Source: a virus (Duplodnaviria > Caudoviricetes). Taken from it: DNA of 57,381 bases. Made by a program: the position numbers and the translations under genes. Numbering within the stretch: position 1 is the stretch's first letter; each line of letters opens with the position of its first letter. Location: the IMG/VR virus record IMGVR_UViG_3300042896_000260, positions 1-57,381 of that record; one strand, written 5' to 3'. This document shows, piece after piece, positions 26,793 through 36,913 of the stretch. The notes under the pieces are model-generated. The model saw only the letters and a list, made by a program, of their open reading frames with translations. It made no database searches and was not told where the DNA came from.

Positions 26793-26814
26793 AGAAGGGG
26801 CTTCGGCCCCTTCT
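26793..26814 (+). terminator. cUUCGg hairpin after the capsid gene
   Basis: AGAAGGGGC-TTCG-GCCCCTTCT; no U-tract. Confidence 0.55.
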
Positions 26815-26832
26815 CCAACTAGGAGCAAGACA

Positions 26833-27282
26833 ATGGCACAAACGTACTTTGGCTCGACCGTCCGCACTGGCACGGATGCGCTGTCTGATACTGTTGACGG
26901 CGGCTTCGTCGTCACGGCTCAGACAACCACTGTGACCACGGTTGCGGCGGGCACGGCTGTTTCGTCTACCATCACCATCCCGGCGTACTCGCAGATCATT
27001 AATTTCTTTATTGACTGCACGACGCTTCCGGTGGTCGGTGGTGGCACCGCTACCACTGTTCCCATCACGATCGGCACCGCTGCTGCGGGTACCCAGTACC
27101 TGTCGGCTACGGACTGCATTTCTGGTGGTCGTGCTGCCCTCACCTTCACCGCCGCTCAACTGACGGCGATGTCGGATGTCAGCACCAACCAGAGCGTGGT
27201 GGTCACGGTGGATCCCAACGGCACCATCAGCACGACTCAGGGTGTGTACCGCCTCACGGTGGTCTACGCTCAGAAGGTCTAA
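26833..27282 (+). CDS. Putative virion (head-associated) protein
   Basis: Thr/Val/Gly-rich; follows the capsid gene; AGGAG RBS. Confidence 0.7.
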   Translation: MAQTYFGSTVRTGTDALSDTVDGGFVVTAQTTTVTTVAAGTAVSSTITIPAYSQIINFFIDCTTLPVVGGGTATTVPITIGTAAAGTQYLSATDCISGGRAALTFTAAQLTAMSDVSTNQSVVVTVDPNGTISTTQGVYRLTVVYAQKV

Positions 27283-27292
27283 GGAGGTCATC

Positions 27293-28105
27293 ATGGGCCA
27301 ATTCAAACCAATGGTCAAGATGATGACCACCGAGCCTTCGGTGGAGTTGAAGCTCAAGAAGGGTGGCAGCGCGACTCACGATCGCCTCCACAAAGAGGGA
27401 GCCAAGGAGGGCTTTAAGCCTGTAAAAAAGATGAACGGGGGAGTGATGGGCGCTTTATCCCGCACTCCCGCCCCAACTACTCCTATGGGCAATCTCCCCG
27501 CCGCTCGGGCAATGGCGGCTAAGCGTCCGATGCGTGCACCGGCTCTGCCGGGACGCAGCATGGCCGCAGCACCCGCTCGTCCGATGATGAAAAGCGGCGG
27601 CATGATGGAGGCGCTTGAGGCTCACGCCGACAAGCCCGCGTCGAAGGCTCACAAGGGCCTGAAGACTGGTGGCGTCGTCATGGGCCAGGGCGGCTTTAAG
27701 GATGGCGGTATCATCAAGTCGGATTTCCACAAGAAGACGACGAAGATGAGCACCGCTGAGGGCGAGAAGCATTTCCCCAAGCACACCGGCGAAGTCCGTA
27801 TGGGCAACGACGGCGGCTACAAGCACGGCGGCAAGGCGGTGAAGAAATTCGCCAAAGGCGGCGGTGTCGAGGGCAATGTGTCTGGCACTCCTCCCGGCGT
27901 CACCAACACGACCACAGGCGAAGTCAAGAAGGGCAACGCCGGCGGTTACAAGAAGGGTGGTGCCGCAAAAAAAGCTTTTGCTACGGGGGGCGTAGTTGAT
28001 ACTGGGCGTCCCGTAGCAATGCCCCAAGGTAAGAAGCCACCAAGCAAGCCCGTCGCGATCTCCGAACTATCGGGGACCTTCAAGAAGGGCGGCAGGGTCT
28101 GCTGA
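27293..28105 (+). CDS. Lys/Gly-rich protein built of [FYML][KA]xGG repeats
   Basis: AAGGAGG RBS before ATG 27293; nine motif copies. Confidence 0.75.
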   Translation: MGQFKPMVKMMTTEPSVELKLKKGGSATHDRLHKEGAKEGFKPVKKMNGGVMGALSRTPAPTTPMGNLPAARAMAAKRPMRAPALPGRSMAAAPARPMMKSGGMMEALEAHADKPASKAHKGLKTGGVVMGQGGFKDGGIIKSDFHKKTTKMSTAEGEKHFPKHTGEVRMGNDGGYKHGGKAVKKFAKGGGVEGNVSGTPPGVTNTTTGEVKKGNAGGYKKGGAAKKAFATGGVVDTGRPVAMPQGKKPPSKPVAISELSGTFKKGGRVC

Positions 28106-28108
28106 TCT

Positions 28109-28135
28109 AGCGGGGGCTTCGGCCCCCGCTTTTTT
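28109..28135 (+). terminator. Intrinsic terminator
   Basis: AGCGGGGGC-TTCG-GCCCCCGCT followed by TTTTT. Confidence 0.85.
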
Positions 28136-28146
28136 AGAGGATTGTT

Positions 28147-28449
28147 ATGAAGGTCCAAACCGTATCCAAAACCGGTGTCGGTTCGAGTTCCACCTTGGTC
28201 ATGAACACCAACATCACGCCATTCAACGTTGGCTTCGGGGTGATTGTGACCGGGACTGTCGACTATACGATTCAGCACACCTTTGACGACCCCTTCTCGG
28301 GGACGCCCACATGGTTCTCGCACCCAACGATCACTGGTGAGACCACCAATCAGGATGGCAATTACGCTTTCCCTGTCACTGGTATCAAAGTGCTCGTGAA
28401 TTCCGGAACGGGAACGGCCACTCTGAAGCTCATTCAGGCGGGTATCTGA
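28147..28449 (+). CDS. Small virion-region protein
   Basis: GAGG RBS; YTIQHTFDD; beta-rich. Confidence 0.72.
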   Translation: MKVQTVSKTGVGSSSTLVMNTNITPFNVGFGVIVTGTVDYTIQHTFDDPFSGTPTWFSHPTITGETTNQDGNYAFPVTGIKVLVNSGTGTATLKLIQAGI

Positions 28450-28450
28450 C

Positions 28451-28687
28451 ATGTCTTACGTTGGCTATGGTGGCGTCGCCAATCAGGTCAACACTACGGA
28501 CGGCTTCGGCGATAACGTCAACGCCGTCAATCCCGTCGGCGGGGGCGTGGGTGAGGATGTTGGTGATGATGGGGTGGTTGATCTGTATGGTGCCACACCA
28601 GTCACCACGTTTTACATCCTTGATGAGACGAGTCCCGGCTATGTCCTGCAAGAGGACGACAGCAAGATCATACTGGAGAAGTCGTAA
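28451..28687 (+). CDS. Small acidic virion-region protein
   Basis: YVLQEDDSKIILE tail. Confidence 0.65.
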   Translation: MSYVGYGGVANQVNTTDGFGDNVNAVNPVGGGVGEDVGDDGVVDLYGATPVTTFYILDETSPGYVLQEDDSKIILEKS

Positions 28688-29271
28688 TGGCTGACCAAAA
28701 AATCTCCGCGATGCCGTCGGCCCTAGCGCTTGACGGTACTGAATTAGTTCCCTTGGTGCAGAGTGGTGCCAACGTCAAGGCCACGCTTGCTACAATCAGG
28801 GCATTCGAGAACGCCTATGGCGCTTTCAGCGATAATACTGACCAGACCGGTAACATCGCGGCGGGCACCATTGTTACGATGAACACCATTGATGTGGCAG
28901 ATGGTGTGACCTTGGTCAGCGGTAGCCGCATGACTGTCCCAAGCACCGGTGTCTACAATCTGCAGTTCAGCATTCAGTTCAAGAACACGAACAACGCTCA
29001 GGAAGACGCTACGATCTGGTTGCGCGTAAATGGCGTGGACCTGCCGAATTCCGCTACCCAGTACACCATCCCCGCTCGTAAGAGCGCCGGTATATTCGGG
29101 TATAACGTGGCAGCGCTGACGTTCATGTTGAATCTGAATGCCGCGCAGTATGTCGAGGTCGTGTGGGTACCCGCATCTACCACAGTAACCATCGAACATC
29201 TTCCGGCCAGTGTCTCGCCTGCGTATCCGGCGATTCCTTCCATCGTCGCTTGCATGCTGCAGGTGGCCTAA
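28687..29271 (+). CDS. Putative head/tail fibre protein (C1q/BclA-like C-terminus)
   Basis: MADQKISAMP..., TGVYNLQFSIQF, YVEVVW. Confidence 0.65.
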   Translation: MADQKISAMPSALALDGTELVPLVQSGANVKATLATIRAFENAYGAFSDNTDQTGNIAAGTIVTMNTIDVADGVTLVSGSRMTVPSTGVYNLQFSIQFKNTNNAQEDATIWLRVNGVDLPNSATQYTIPARKSAGIFGYNVAALTFMLNLNAAQYVEVVWVPASTTVTIEHLPASVSPAYPAIPSIVACMLQVA

Positions 29272-29790
29272 ATGCCGCTGATCAAGAGCAAATCCGACAA
29301 GGCGTTCAAGGAGAATATCCGCGCGGAGGTCAAGGCGGGTAAGCCTGTAAAGCAAGCGGTCGCGATCGCGTACGACGTTCAACGGCGTGCAAAGGGCATG
29401 GCAGAAGGAGGTCTCTATGCCAATATCAATGCAAAGCGTGAAAGAATCGCTGAAGGATCTGGCGAAAAGATGCGCAAGCCGGGTCAGGCAGGTGCTCCAA
29501 CGGATCAGGCCTTCAAAGACTCCGCCAAAACAGTCCGAATGAAGGACGGCGGGGTAAACCTTTCGATCGGTCGCGGAGAGAAGCTCTCTGTCAAAGAGGG
29601 CGCCGGATTGACCGAAAAGGGTCGAAAGAAATATAATGCGGCTACTGGCAGCGATCTGAAGGCTCCTCAACCGCAGGGAGGACCCCGCCGGGATTCTTTC
29701 TGTGCTAGAATGGGGCCAGTCGCGAAATCTAGTGAAAAAGGTAGCCGCGCTCGTGCTTCTATGAGGCGTTGGAATTGCCCCGGGTGGTGA
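29272..29790 (+). CDS. Basic three-module protein (DUF6321-like C-terminus) with xGG linkers
   Basis: KENIRAEVKAGKPVKQAVAIA / MAEGG / LYANINAKRERI / MKDGG / RRDSFCARM...RWNC. Confidence 0.7.
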   Translation: MPLIKSKSDKAFKENIRAEVKAGKPVKQAVAIAYDVQRRAKGMAEGGLYANINAKRERIAEGSGEKMRKPGQAGAPTDQAFKDSAKTVRMKDGGVNLSIGRGEKLSVKEGAGLTEKGRKKYNAATGSDLKAPQPQGGPRRDSFCARMGPVAKSSEKGSRARASMRRWNCPGW

Positions 29791-29798
29791 GGTGATAA

Positions 29799-30884
29799 AT
29801 GTCTTATTCGGGCACTGTAGGGACGACGGTAATCAGCGTACAGAAGCTGATTGATCATGGTGCCCGTCGCTGCGGCAAGTTGGCCGAGGAGCTAACCTCC
29901 GAGCAGGTGTTGTCGGCCCGCGAGAGCCTGTTCTTTTTGCTCATGAACCTGAGTAACATCGGGATTCAGTATTGGGCAATCGACAAAAAAGTCTTCGGAC
30001 TCCAGGCGGACAAATACCAGTACAAGATGCCGCTCGGCACCATAGACGTGCTGAACGTCTTGTACCGCACGATGAATCGTCCGACGCCCAATTCTACGGG
30101 CGGTTACAGCACGAGTGCCGGTGGCGTGATCGCGAATGCTTTCGATAACAACATCAATACTTACACGCAGCAGACGAGCCCCAACGGGAATATCGCGATC
30201 AATTACGGCACGAACAATCCGATCTACGCGGGTTCCATCGGCATACTACCGTATGTCGCAGGAGGCGGTTCTGCCACTTGGTCGTTGATTCTTGAGTATT
30301 CCGTAGACGGGATTTCGTGGAACACGCTCAATGACCTGGGCGAGGTGGTGGTCACGGATGACGAATGGATCTGGACTGATATCGATCCAGGTCAGACTGT
30401 ACAATACTACCGGGTTCGCGCGTATAACGGCACGACCTTGTCCCTGCGGGAATTCTACGTCGGAAACAATAGCCGCGAGATCCAGATGTCCCGATTGAAC
30501 AGGGACGACTACACGAACCTCCCGAACAAGAATTTCACGGCCAATCAGCCATACCAGTTCTGGTTCGACCGCACAATCCCTCAGCCGCAGGTGTTCTTGT
30601 GGCCCACCCCTAGCGACCCCTTCATTCAGATGACGGTGTGGTATTCGCGTCAGATCATGGACGTGGGTTCTCTGAGTGACGAACTTGAAGTCCCGCAGCG
30701 GTGGTACGAAGCCACCGTGATGATGCTCGCCCACCGGATGTCCCTTGAACTCCCGCAGGTGCCTCTGGACCGCGTTCAATACCTCGAGGGTCAAGCTGAG
30801 AAGTTTCTGCAGCAAGCGGAGCAGGAAGAACGCGACAAGTCGCCAATCTACTGGGCTCCGAATCTGAGCGTGTACACGAAGTAA
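29799..30884 (+). CDS. Putative head-tail adaptor with an inserted beta-sandwich domain
   Basis: ARESLFFLL..., LNRDDYTNLPNK...QPYQFWFDR...LWPTP, VPQRWYEA; insert resembles a discoidin/carbohydrate-binding domain. Confidence 0.65.
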   Translation: MSYSGTVGTTVISVQKLIDHGARRCGKLAEELTSEQVLSARESLFFLLMNLSNIGIQYWAIDKKVFGLQADKYQYKMPLGTIDVLNVLYRTMNRPTPNSTGGYSTSAGGVIANAFDNNINTYTQQTSPNGNIAINYGTNNPIYAGSIGILPYVAGGGSATWSLILEYSVDGISWNTLNDLGEVVVTDDEWIWTDIDPGQTVQYYRVRAYNGTTLSLREFYVGNNSREIQMSRLNRDDYTNLPNKNFTANQPYQFWFDRTIPQPQVFLWPTPSDPFIQMTVWYSRQIMDVGSLSDELEVPQRWYEATVMMLAHRMSLELPQVPLDRVQYLEGQAEKFLQQAEQEERDKSPIYWAPNLSVYTK

Positions 30885-30886
30885 TC

Positions 30887-31237
30887 ATGCCCATCTTTCT
30901 TGACACTACTGGGCTAACATCTATCGCGATCGCGGTCTGCGATCGTTGCAAGATGAAGCGCCCTTTCGTGTCTTTGGGCTCCGATCCGAATTTTCCGGGT
31001 TTGAGGGTGTGCGATCAAGGGTGCCGAGATCAATTCGACCCGTATCGACTCCCGGCTCGAAAGACCGAACGAATCAATCTACGTTTCCCTCGTCCCGACG
31101 TGAGTGTTGCGGTCAATCCGAACGACATCATCACGACTGGTTACGGTGGTTACGTCCTGTCCACACAGACCAACGACCAGAATCCCGAGAACAACGGTAA
31201 TCTGGACGGCATCGCGGTCACTCCGTCTTCCTCATAA
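30887..31237 (+). CDS. Small Cys-rich (Zn-binding) protein
   Basis: CDRC...GLRVCDQGC...PRPD. Confidence 0.7.
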   Translation: MPIFLDTTGLTSIAIAVCDRCKMKRPFVSLGSDPNFPGLRVCDQGCRDQFDPYRLPARKTERINLRFPRPDVSVAVNPNDIITTGYGGYVLSTQTNDQNPENNGNLDGIAVTPSSS

Positions 31238-33735
31238 TGGCAAACGTAACCATTACACAGTTACCCGCTGCCGGTCCCATAACGGGAACGGAGTCGGTGC
31301 CTATTGTTCAGAACGGGGTGACGGTACAGACGACCACGGCGGCTATTGCTGCGTCGCCCTCGCAGTTCCAGACATTCCTGACGCTGAATTCGGAAGCCAC
31401 TCTTCCGAATAGTCGTTACCTGTCTACGGGGCTCGGTCTGGGCCTCACGGATGGTGGAGCGCTATCTTACTACCGGATAACTCTCAACAGGGCCTCCGGA
31501 AGCCTCGAGAGTGCCTCCACGGGCATCATCGCGAAGGACACAGCCTCCTCCGTAGTCGCTCGGACGCTCCAGACGTCCGGGAATGGCCTCTCGGTGACCG
31601 ACGGGAATGCCGTTTCGGGTAATCCGACATTCTCGCTGACTGGTCAAGTCCTCTCCCTGGCCAATGTGACGGGTCCTGGCCTTGTCGCGTTACCGAACAA
31701 CGGCTCGGTGGTTCCTCGAATTCTCACCGGCACCACATCTGAAATCGATGTAGCCAATGGAACGGGTGCCCTGGGCAATCCGACCATTGGGATCGCCGAC
31801 GACCCAGTTCTCCCTGGTACTGGCGCGGTCACGCTGCCCAAAGGAACCAACGCCCAGAAGCCCGGCGGCGTGACCGGCATGGTTCGCTACAACACGGACT
31901 TGGCGACGTTCGAGGGCTACACCTTGAGCGGGTGGAATCAGTTCGCCCTGACTGGTGGCGTTACCCTGATCAACACCGGCACCGGCTTGACGGGTGGCCC
32001 GATCACAACCTCGGGAACGATCTCAATTGCCAACACGGGCGTGACGGCGGCGACCTATGGTTCGGCCACTGAAGTCGCGCAGATTGCTGTCAACGCACAG
32101 GGCCAAATCACCAGTGCGAGCAACGTTGTCATTTCCGCAAGCGGTATTGGTGCTGTAGCGTCCGTATCTGGTACGGTCAACGAGATCACGGCAACCGGTA
32201 CAACGAACGTCACGTTGTCCCTGCCGTCTTCGCTGACCTTCACCGGCAAGACGGTCACCAATGGCACCTTCAACTCCCCGACCCTGGTCACCCCTGCGTT
32301 GGGCACTCCTACTTCGGGAACGCTGACAAACGCTACCGGGCTGCCGATCTCCACCGGCGTTTCCGGCCTGGGGACGGGAGTTGCATCTGCCCTGGCGGTC
32401 AATGTCGGCACCGCCGGTGCATTCGTCGTCAACGGCGGGGCGCTCGGCACCCCCACTTCGGGAACGCTGACCAATGCCACGGGTTTGCCGATTTCCACTG
32501 GCGTATCCGGCCTGGGCACCGGAGTTGCCACGGCGCTCGGACTCAATGTCGGAACCGTTGGCTCTGTGGTGGTCAACGGAGGAGCCCTTGGAACGCCTTC
32601 CTCGGGGACTTTGACCAACGCCACTGGTCTACCTATCTCCACGGGCGTTAGCGGTCTGGGAGCGGGCATTGCGACCTTCCTGGCCACCCCGTCAAGCGCG
32701 AACCTCGCTGCGGCGGTCACGGACGAGACCGGTTCTGGATCTTTGGTCTTCGGCACGAGTCCCACGATTACGACGCCCGCGATCACTGGCGGCACGATCG
32801 ACAACACGATCATCGGAGGAACTACCCCTGCTGCGGGCACGTTCACTTCGGTGACGATGACCTCCGGCACGATCACCACGGCTCCGGTCAGTGGCAACGA
32901 CATCGTTAACAAGACGTATGCCGATTCGATCGCCTCGGGCATCAACTTCCACCAGTCCTGCGTCTACGCAACGACAACCGCACTGGCCGCGAACACCTAC
33001 AACAACGGCACTGGAGGCGTCGGCGCGACGCTGACCGGGAACGTCAACGGTGCTCTGGTCATTGATGGCCACACCTTCGTCTCCCCGACTGATGTAGGCA
33101 AGCGGGTTCTGATCAAGAACGAAGGGAATGCTGCGTACAACGGCGTCTATACCGTCACGCAGACGGGTAGCGCCGGTGCTGTGTACATCCTGACCCGTGC
33201 GACCGACTTTGATACCGCGGGTTCTGGTGTTGACCAGATCGATCAGGGCGACTTCTTCCTGATCACCTCGGGTACGGCGAATGCCAATACTTCGTGGGTG
33301 CAGCAGACTCCGCTGCCAGTCACGGTTGGTACGACGGGAATCGTCTTCTCGCAGTTCGGTGCGCCGCTGACCTACTCAGCCGGGACTGGGCTGAATGAGT
33401 CCCCTGCCTACACCTTCAACATCGCCAACACTGGGGTGTCTTCCGGGTCTTATGGCAGCGCATCAAGCGTGCCGACGATCTCGGTCAACGCTCAGGGTCA
33501 GATCACCTCTGCGGTCAGCACCTCGATTGCGATTGCTGCATCTCAGGTAACTTCTGGGACTTTGGCGATCGCGCAGGGCGGTACGAACACCAACGCCACG
33601 CCAACTGCGGGAGGCGCGGTATACGGAACCGGCACGGCGTATGCGTTGACCGCTGCGGGAACTGCAGGTCAGGTATTAACATCAACCGGAGCAAGCGCCC
33701 CCGTATGGTCGGGCATCTCTGGCGGCACTTTCTGA
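31237..33735 (+). CDS. Tail fibre protein
   Basis: Gly/Thr-rich; VNAQGQITSA repeats, RVLIKNE...NGVY...LTRATDFD; ends ISGGTF. Confidence 0.82.
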   Translation: MANVTITQLPAAGPITGTESVPIVQNGVTVQTTTAAIAASPSQFQTFLTLNSEATLPNSRYLSTGLGLGLTDGGALSYYRITLNRASGSLESASTGIIAKDTASSVVARTLQTSGNGLSVTDGNAVSGNPTFSLTGQVLSLANVTGPGLVALPNNGSVVPRILTGTTSEIDVANGTGALGNPTIGIADDPVLPGTGAVTLPKGTNAQKPGGVTGMVRYNTDLATFEGYTLSGWNQFALTGGVTLINTGTGLTGGPITTSGTISIANTGVTAATYGSATEVAQIAVNAQGQITSASNVVISASGIGAVASVSGTVNEITATGTTNVTLSLPSSLTFTGKTVTNGTFNSPTLVTPALGTPTSGTLTNATGLPISTGVSGLGTGVASALAVNVGTAGAFVVNGGALGTPTSGTLTNATGLPISTGVSGLGTGVATALGLNVGTVGSVVVNGGALGTPSSGTLTNATGLPISTGVSGLGAGIATFLATPSSANLAAAVTDETGSGSLVFGTSPTITTPAITGGTIDNTIIGGTTPAAGTFTSVTMTSGTITTAPVSGNDIVNKTYADSIASGINFHQSCVYATTTALAANTYNNGTGGVGATLTGNVNGALVIDGHTFVSPTDVGKRVLIKNEGNAAYNGVYTVTQTGSAGAVYILTRATDFDTAGSGVDQIDQGDFFLITSGTANANTSWVQQTPLPVTVGTTGIVFSQFGAPLTYSAGTGLNESPAYTFNIANTGVSSGSYGSASSVPTISVNAQGQITSAVSTSIAIAASQVTSGTLAIAQGGTNTNATPTAGGAVYGTGTAYALTAAGTAGQVLTSTGASAPVWSGISGGTF
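32296..32680 (+). repeat. Roughly three 144-bp (48-aa) tandem repeats in the tail fibre
   Basis: ALGTP(T/S)SGTLTNATGLPISTGVSGLG units begin at 32296, 32440 and 32584. Confidence 0.9.
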
Positions 33736-33744
33736 GGAACCATC

Positions 33745-35772
33745 ATGGCTCAAACCGGATACACCCCGATTCAGATCTACTACAGCACGACGACCACCAA
33801 CGCTCCGTCGGCGGGTAACCTTCTGAGTGGTGAACTGGCCATCAACATCACTGATGGCAAGATGTTCTACAAGGACAACGGGGGCTCTGTACAAGTCATC
33901 GCCTGGAAGACCACCCCGACGACGGCAGGTGGTACGGGTCTGACCTCCTGGACCGCAGGTGACCTTCCGTACTACTCCACCGGCACGACGCTGACCAAAC
34001 TCGGCATCGGCACCAACGGTCAAGTCCTGACCTCGACGGGAACGGCCCCTCAGTGGAGCACCCTGTCTGGTGTGGCGGTCACGACCTTCAGCGCAGGCAC
34101 GACGGGCTTCACGCCCTCAACCGCCACCTCCGGCGCAGTCACCCTGGCAGGAACACTTGCCACCACGAACGGCGGCACGGGGCTGACATCGTTCACCGCA
34201 AACGGTGTTGTTTACGCATCGTCTAGCAGTGCGCTGACCACGGGGAGTGCGCTTGTCTTTGACGGCACTAACCTCGGCATTGGGACGACAAGTCCAACTG
34301 GTTGGGGAAGAACTGTTTCAGTTAGCAATACTTCAACTGACAGCGGCTTTACTTTTGAAGGTTCCACAAGAAAATGGGGTATTGGTGGTGGATTTACAGA
34401 TGGGGCTTTACGCATCTATGACTTTACTGCTGCCACCGAGAGTATGCGTATCAGCGCCACGGGTGACGTGGGCATTGGGACGAGTTCGCCTGTTTATAAG
34501 TTGGATGTTTCTGGTTCTGTTATTCGCTTGAATAATTCAGGATCAACTGCTGATATTTTTCTAACTGATTCCGGAACTACAAACGGTCATGTCCGTCTTC
34601 GTGGCGAATCAAACGCCATGAAATTCATTACTGGTAATGGTATTTCAGCCACCCTTGACTCCTCCGGCAACCTCGGTCTGGGGGTGACGCCGAGTGCTTG
34701 GAGTTCTTTATGGTCTGCCGAGCAATTTGGTCAAGCAGGCTCTTTGTTTTCGTATAAATCAGGTTCTAACTACACCGTAATTTCTAATAACAGTTATGCC
34801 GCTGGAGGCAATTATCAAGGAACAGACGCAAGATATACAAACGACGGGTATGCAACTGCGTATGTCCAAAATAATAGTGGCCAACATTTGTGGTTAAACG
34901 CAGCCTCCGGCACGGCGGGTGTTGGTGTCACCTTCACGCAGGCGATGACGCTGGGGGCTGACGGAAATTTGCTTGTTGGTACTACTTCATCAACGTCTGG
35001 AATAAGACTAGATGTCCAAGGAGCAAGCGGAGCAAACTCCTATGTTCGCACAACAAGTGTTGGCAATAGTACAAGGTCTGGATTCCGTGCTTTTGGGAAA
35101 ACGAGCGGTGGCGCAGATGTTCAATTAGATTTTATTGCATACGGTGATTCTCCAGAAGCGGGTCTAAATGTTGTAACCAATCATCCACTTACTTTTGCCA
35201 CCAACAACACCGAACGCGCACGGATTACGTCGGGTGGGGATTTGTTGGTTGGGACTACGGATTCTGGGTCAGGAGCAACAGCAGCCAAACAAAGAATTAT
35301 TGGTGCGGCTGCCAATAACTTGTATTTGGGAAGCACTTCTGCTGGAGGCTGGAGAATTACCTCAGACGCGCTAAATGATGGTGGCACTTTCTACCACATT
35401 AAATTTACTGAAAATGGCACTGAGCGAGGTTCTATTACTTCTAACGGCACAATAACTACCTACAACACCACCTCTGACTACCGCCTTAAAACCGTAATTG
35501 GCCCTGTGGCAAACGCAGGCCAGCGCATTGACGCACTCCAGCCTGTGGAGTACACATGGAACGCTGATGGCTCACGCACTCGCGGCTTCTTGGCTCACCA
35601 ATTCCAAGAGGTATATGCAAGCAGCGTAAGCGGCACTAAAGACGCTGTGGACGCTGAAGGCAAGCCCGTGTACCAAGCCATGCAAGCAAGCACCTCTGAG
35701 GTCATTGCTGACCTTGTTGCAGAAATCCAATCTCTCCGCGCCCGTGTGGCGGCCCTGGAGAGCCAGGCATGA
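33745..35772 (+). CDS. Tail fibre with C-terminal intramolecular chaperone (peptidase S74-like)
   Basis: GELAINITDGKMFYKD N-terminus, GxxGIGT repeats, TSDYRLK...GFLAH...coiled coil. Confidence 0.85.
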   Translation: MAQTGYTPIQIYYSTTTTNAPSAGNLLSGELAINITDGKMFYKDNGGSVQVIAWKTTPTTAGGTGLTSWTAGDLPYYSTGTTLTKLGIGTNGQVLTSTGTAPQWSTLSGVAVTTFSAGTTGFTPSTATSGAVTLAGTLATTNGGTGLTSFTANGVVYASSSSALTTGSALVFDGTNLGIGTTSPTGWGRTVSVSNTSTDSGFTFEGSTRKWGIGGGFTDGALRIYDFTAATESMRISATGDVGIGTSSPVYKLDVSGSVIRLNNSGSTADIFLTDSGTTNGHVRLRGESNAMKFITGNGISATLDSSGNLGLGVTPSAWSSLWSAEQFGQAGSLFSYKSGSNYTVISNNSYAAGGNYQGTDARYTNDGYATAYVQNNSGQHLWLNAASGTAGVGVTFTQAMTLGADGNLLVGTTSSTSGIRLDVQGASGANSYVRTTSVGNSTRSGFRAFGKTSGGADVQLDFIAYGDSPEAGLNVVTNHPLTFATNNTERARITSGGDLLVGTTDSGSGATAAKQRIIGAAANNLYLGSTSAGGWRITSDALNDGGTFYHIKFTENGTERGSITSNGTITTYNTTSDYRLKTVIGPVANAGQRIDALQPVEYTWNADGSRTRGFLAHQFQEVYASSVSGTKDAVDAEGKPVYQAMQASTSEVIADLVAEIQSLRARVAALESQA

Positions 35773-36248
35773 TTACTCAAGAGCAGGCAAACCATCTTTT
35801 TGAATACAGAGATGGCAAGTTGTTTTGGAAAAACTCCAAAAGACCGTCATTCAATGGCAAAGAGGTTGGTTGCGATGACGGACAAGGGTACATCAAAGTT
35901 ACTATTGACAAAAAACAATATCTTGCGCATCGCATCATTTATTTAATGCATCATGGTGAGATGCCTGAAATGATAGATCATGCTGATAGAAATGTGAAAA
36001 ATAACTATATTGAAAATTTGAGGGCGGCAGACGCTACAAAAAATCGCATGAACGGAAGACATTGGCGGCCTGCTAAAAGTGGATGCAGAAATGTAAGCCT
36101 GCAAAAAGGAAGAAGCAAATTTTCTGTCTATATCAGGATACAAGGTAAAAGCACGTTTATCGGAAATTTTGATAACTTAGAGTTGGCCGACTTGGTTGCA
36201 ACTGAAGCAAGATCAAAATATCACGGTGAGTTTGCTTTTAATGGTTAA
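35769..36248 (+). mobile_element. Free-standing HNH homing endonuclease (HNH plus AP2-like)
   Basis: YLAHRIIYLMHHG...IDHADRNVKNNYIENLR...HGEFA; markedly AT-rich. Confidence 0.85.
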
Positions 36249-36272
36249 TGTAAAGTAAGAAAGGAACTGAAC

Positions 36273-36608
36273 ATGGCTACGACTATTACCTGGGTAATCT
36301 CTGCCCTTGATTGCATCCCTAGCACCCCCGAAGGTGCCGACTACGTTGTGACAGCGCACTGGCGCTGTAACGGCGCAGATGGCACCTACAACGGTACTGT
36401 CTACAGCACCTGCTCTTTCCCGGTGGTGCAGGGTTCTTCGTTTGTGCCCTACGCGCAGTTGACAGAGAATGAAGTTCTGGGCTGGTGTTGGGCAAACGGC
36501 GTGGACAAGGCTGCAACCGAAGCCGCCGTTGAGCAACAAATCCAGAACCAGATCACGCCGCCGGTAATTTCACCGCCACTTCCTTGGATCACCCCCGCAA
36601 CCGCCTAA
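36273..36608 (+). CDS. Tail fibre-associated small protein
   Basis: VVTAHW...FVPYAQLTENEVLGW...PLPW; follows the fibre gene. Confidence 0.7.
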   Translation: MATTITWVISALDCIPSTPEGADYVVTAHWRCNGADGTYNGTVYSTCSFPVVQGSSFVPYAQLTENEVLGWCWANGVDKAATEAAVEQQIQNQITPPVISPPLPWITPATA

Positions 36609-36656
36609 TGGGCAAGCCACCGGCCCTTGACGGTGGCATCTTGAAGGAGAAACAGA

Positions 36657-36875
36657 ATGGGCAACAACAAAGAACCCCAGACTGTCAGCATCGACGGCAA
36701 AGAGTACAACCTGGACGACTTCACGCAGGAGCAGAAGATGATGCTCGACCACTGCATGGACCTCGACCGGAAGATTGCCTCTTGCCAGTTCCAGTTCGAC
36801 CAACTTCGCGTGGGTAAGGATGCGTTCCTGACCCTGCTGAAGAAGTCGCTCGAACAGCCCGAAAAGGCTGAGTAA
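36657..36875 (+). CDS. Small coiled-coil protein
   Basis: AAGGAG RBS; VSIDGKEYNLDDFT. Confidence 0.7.
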   Translation: MGNNKEPQTVSIDGKEYNLDDFTQEQKMMLDHCMDLDRKIASCQFQFDQLRVGKDAFLTLLKKSLEQPEKAE

Positions 36876-36880
36876 CAACC

Positions 36881-36894
36881 GGGGCTTCGGCCCC
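36881..36894 (+). terminator. cUUCGg hairpin
   Basis: GGGGC-TTCG-GCCCC, same 14-mer core as the 26793 and 28109 hairpins. Confidence 0.45.
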
Positions 36895-36913
36895 TCACTA
36901 ATCTTTAGCGATC

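Noticed and set aside
31237-35772. Diversity-generating retroelement acting on the tail fibres
   Set aside because: No reverse transcriptase and no template/variable repeat pair with adenine-specific differences was seen
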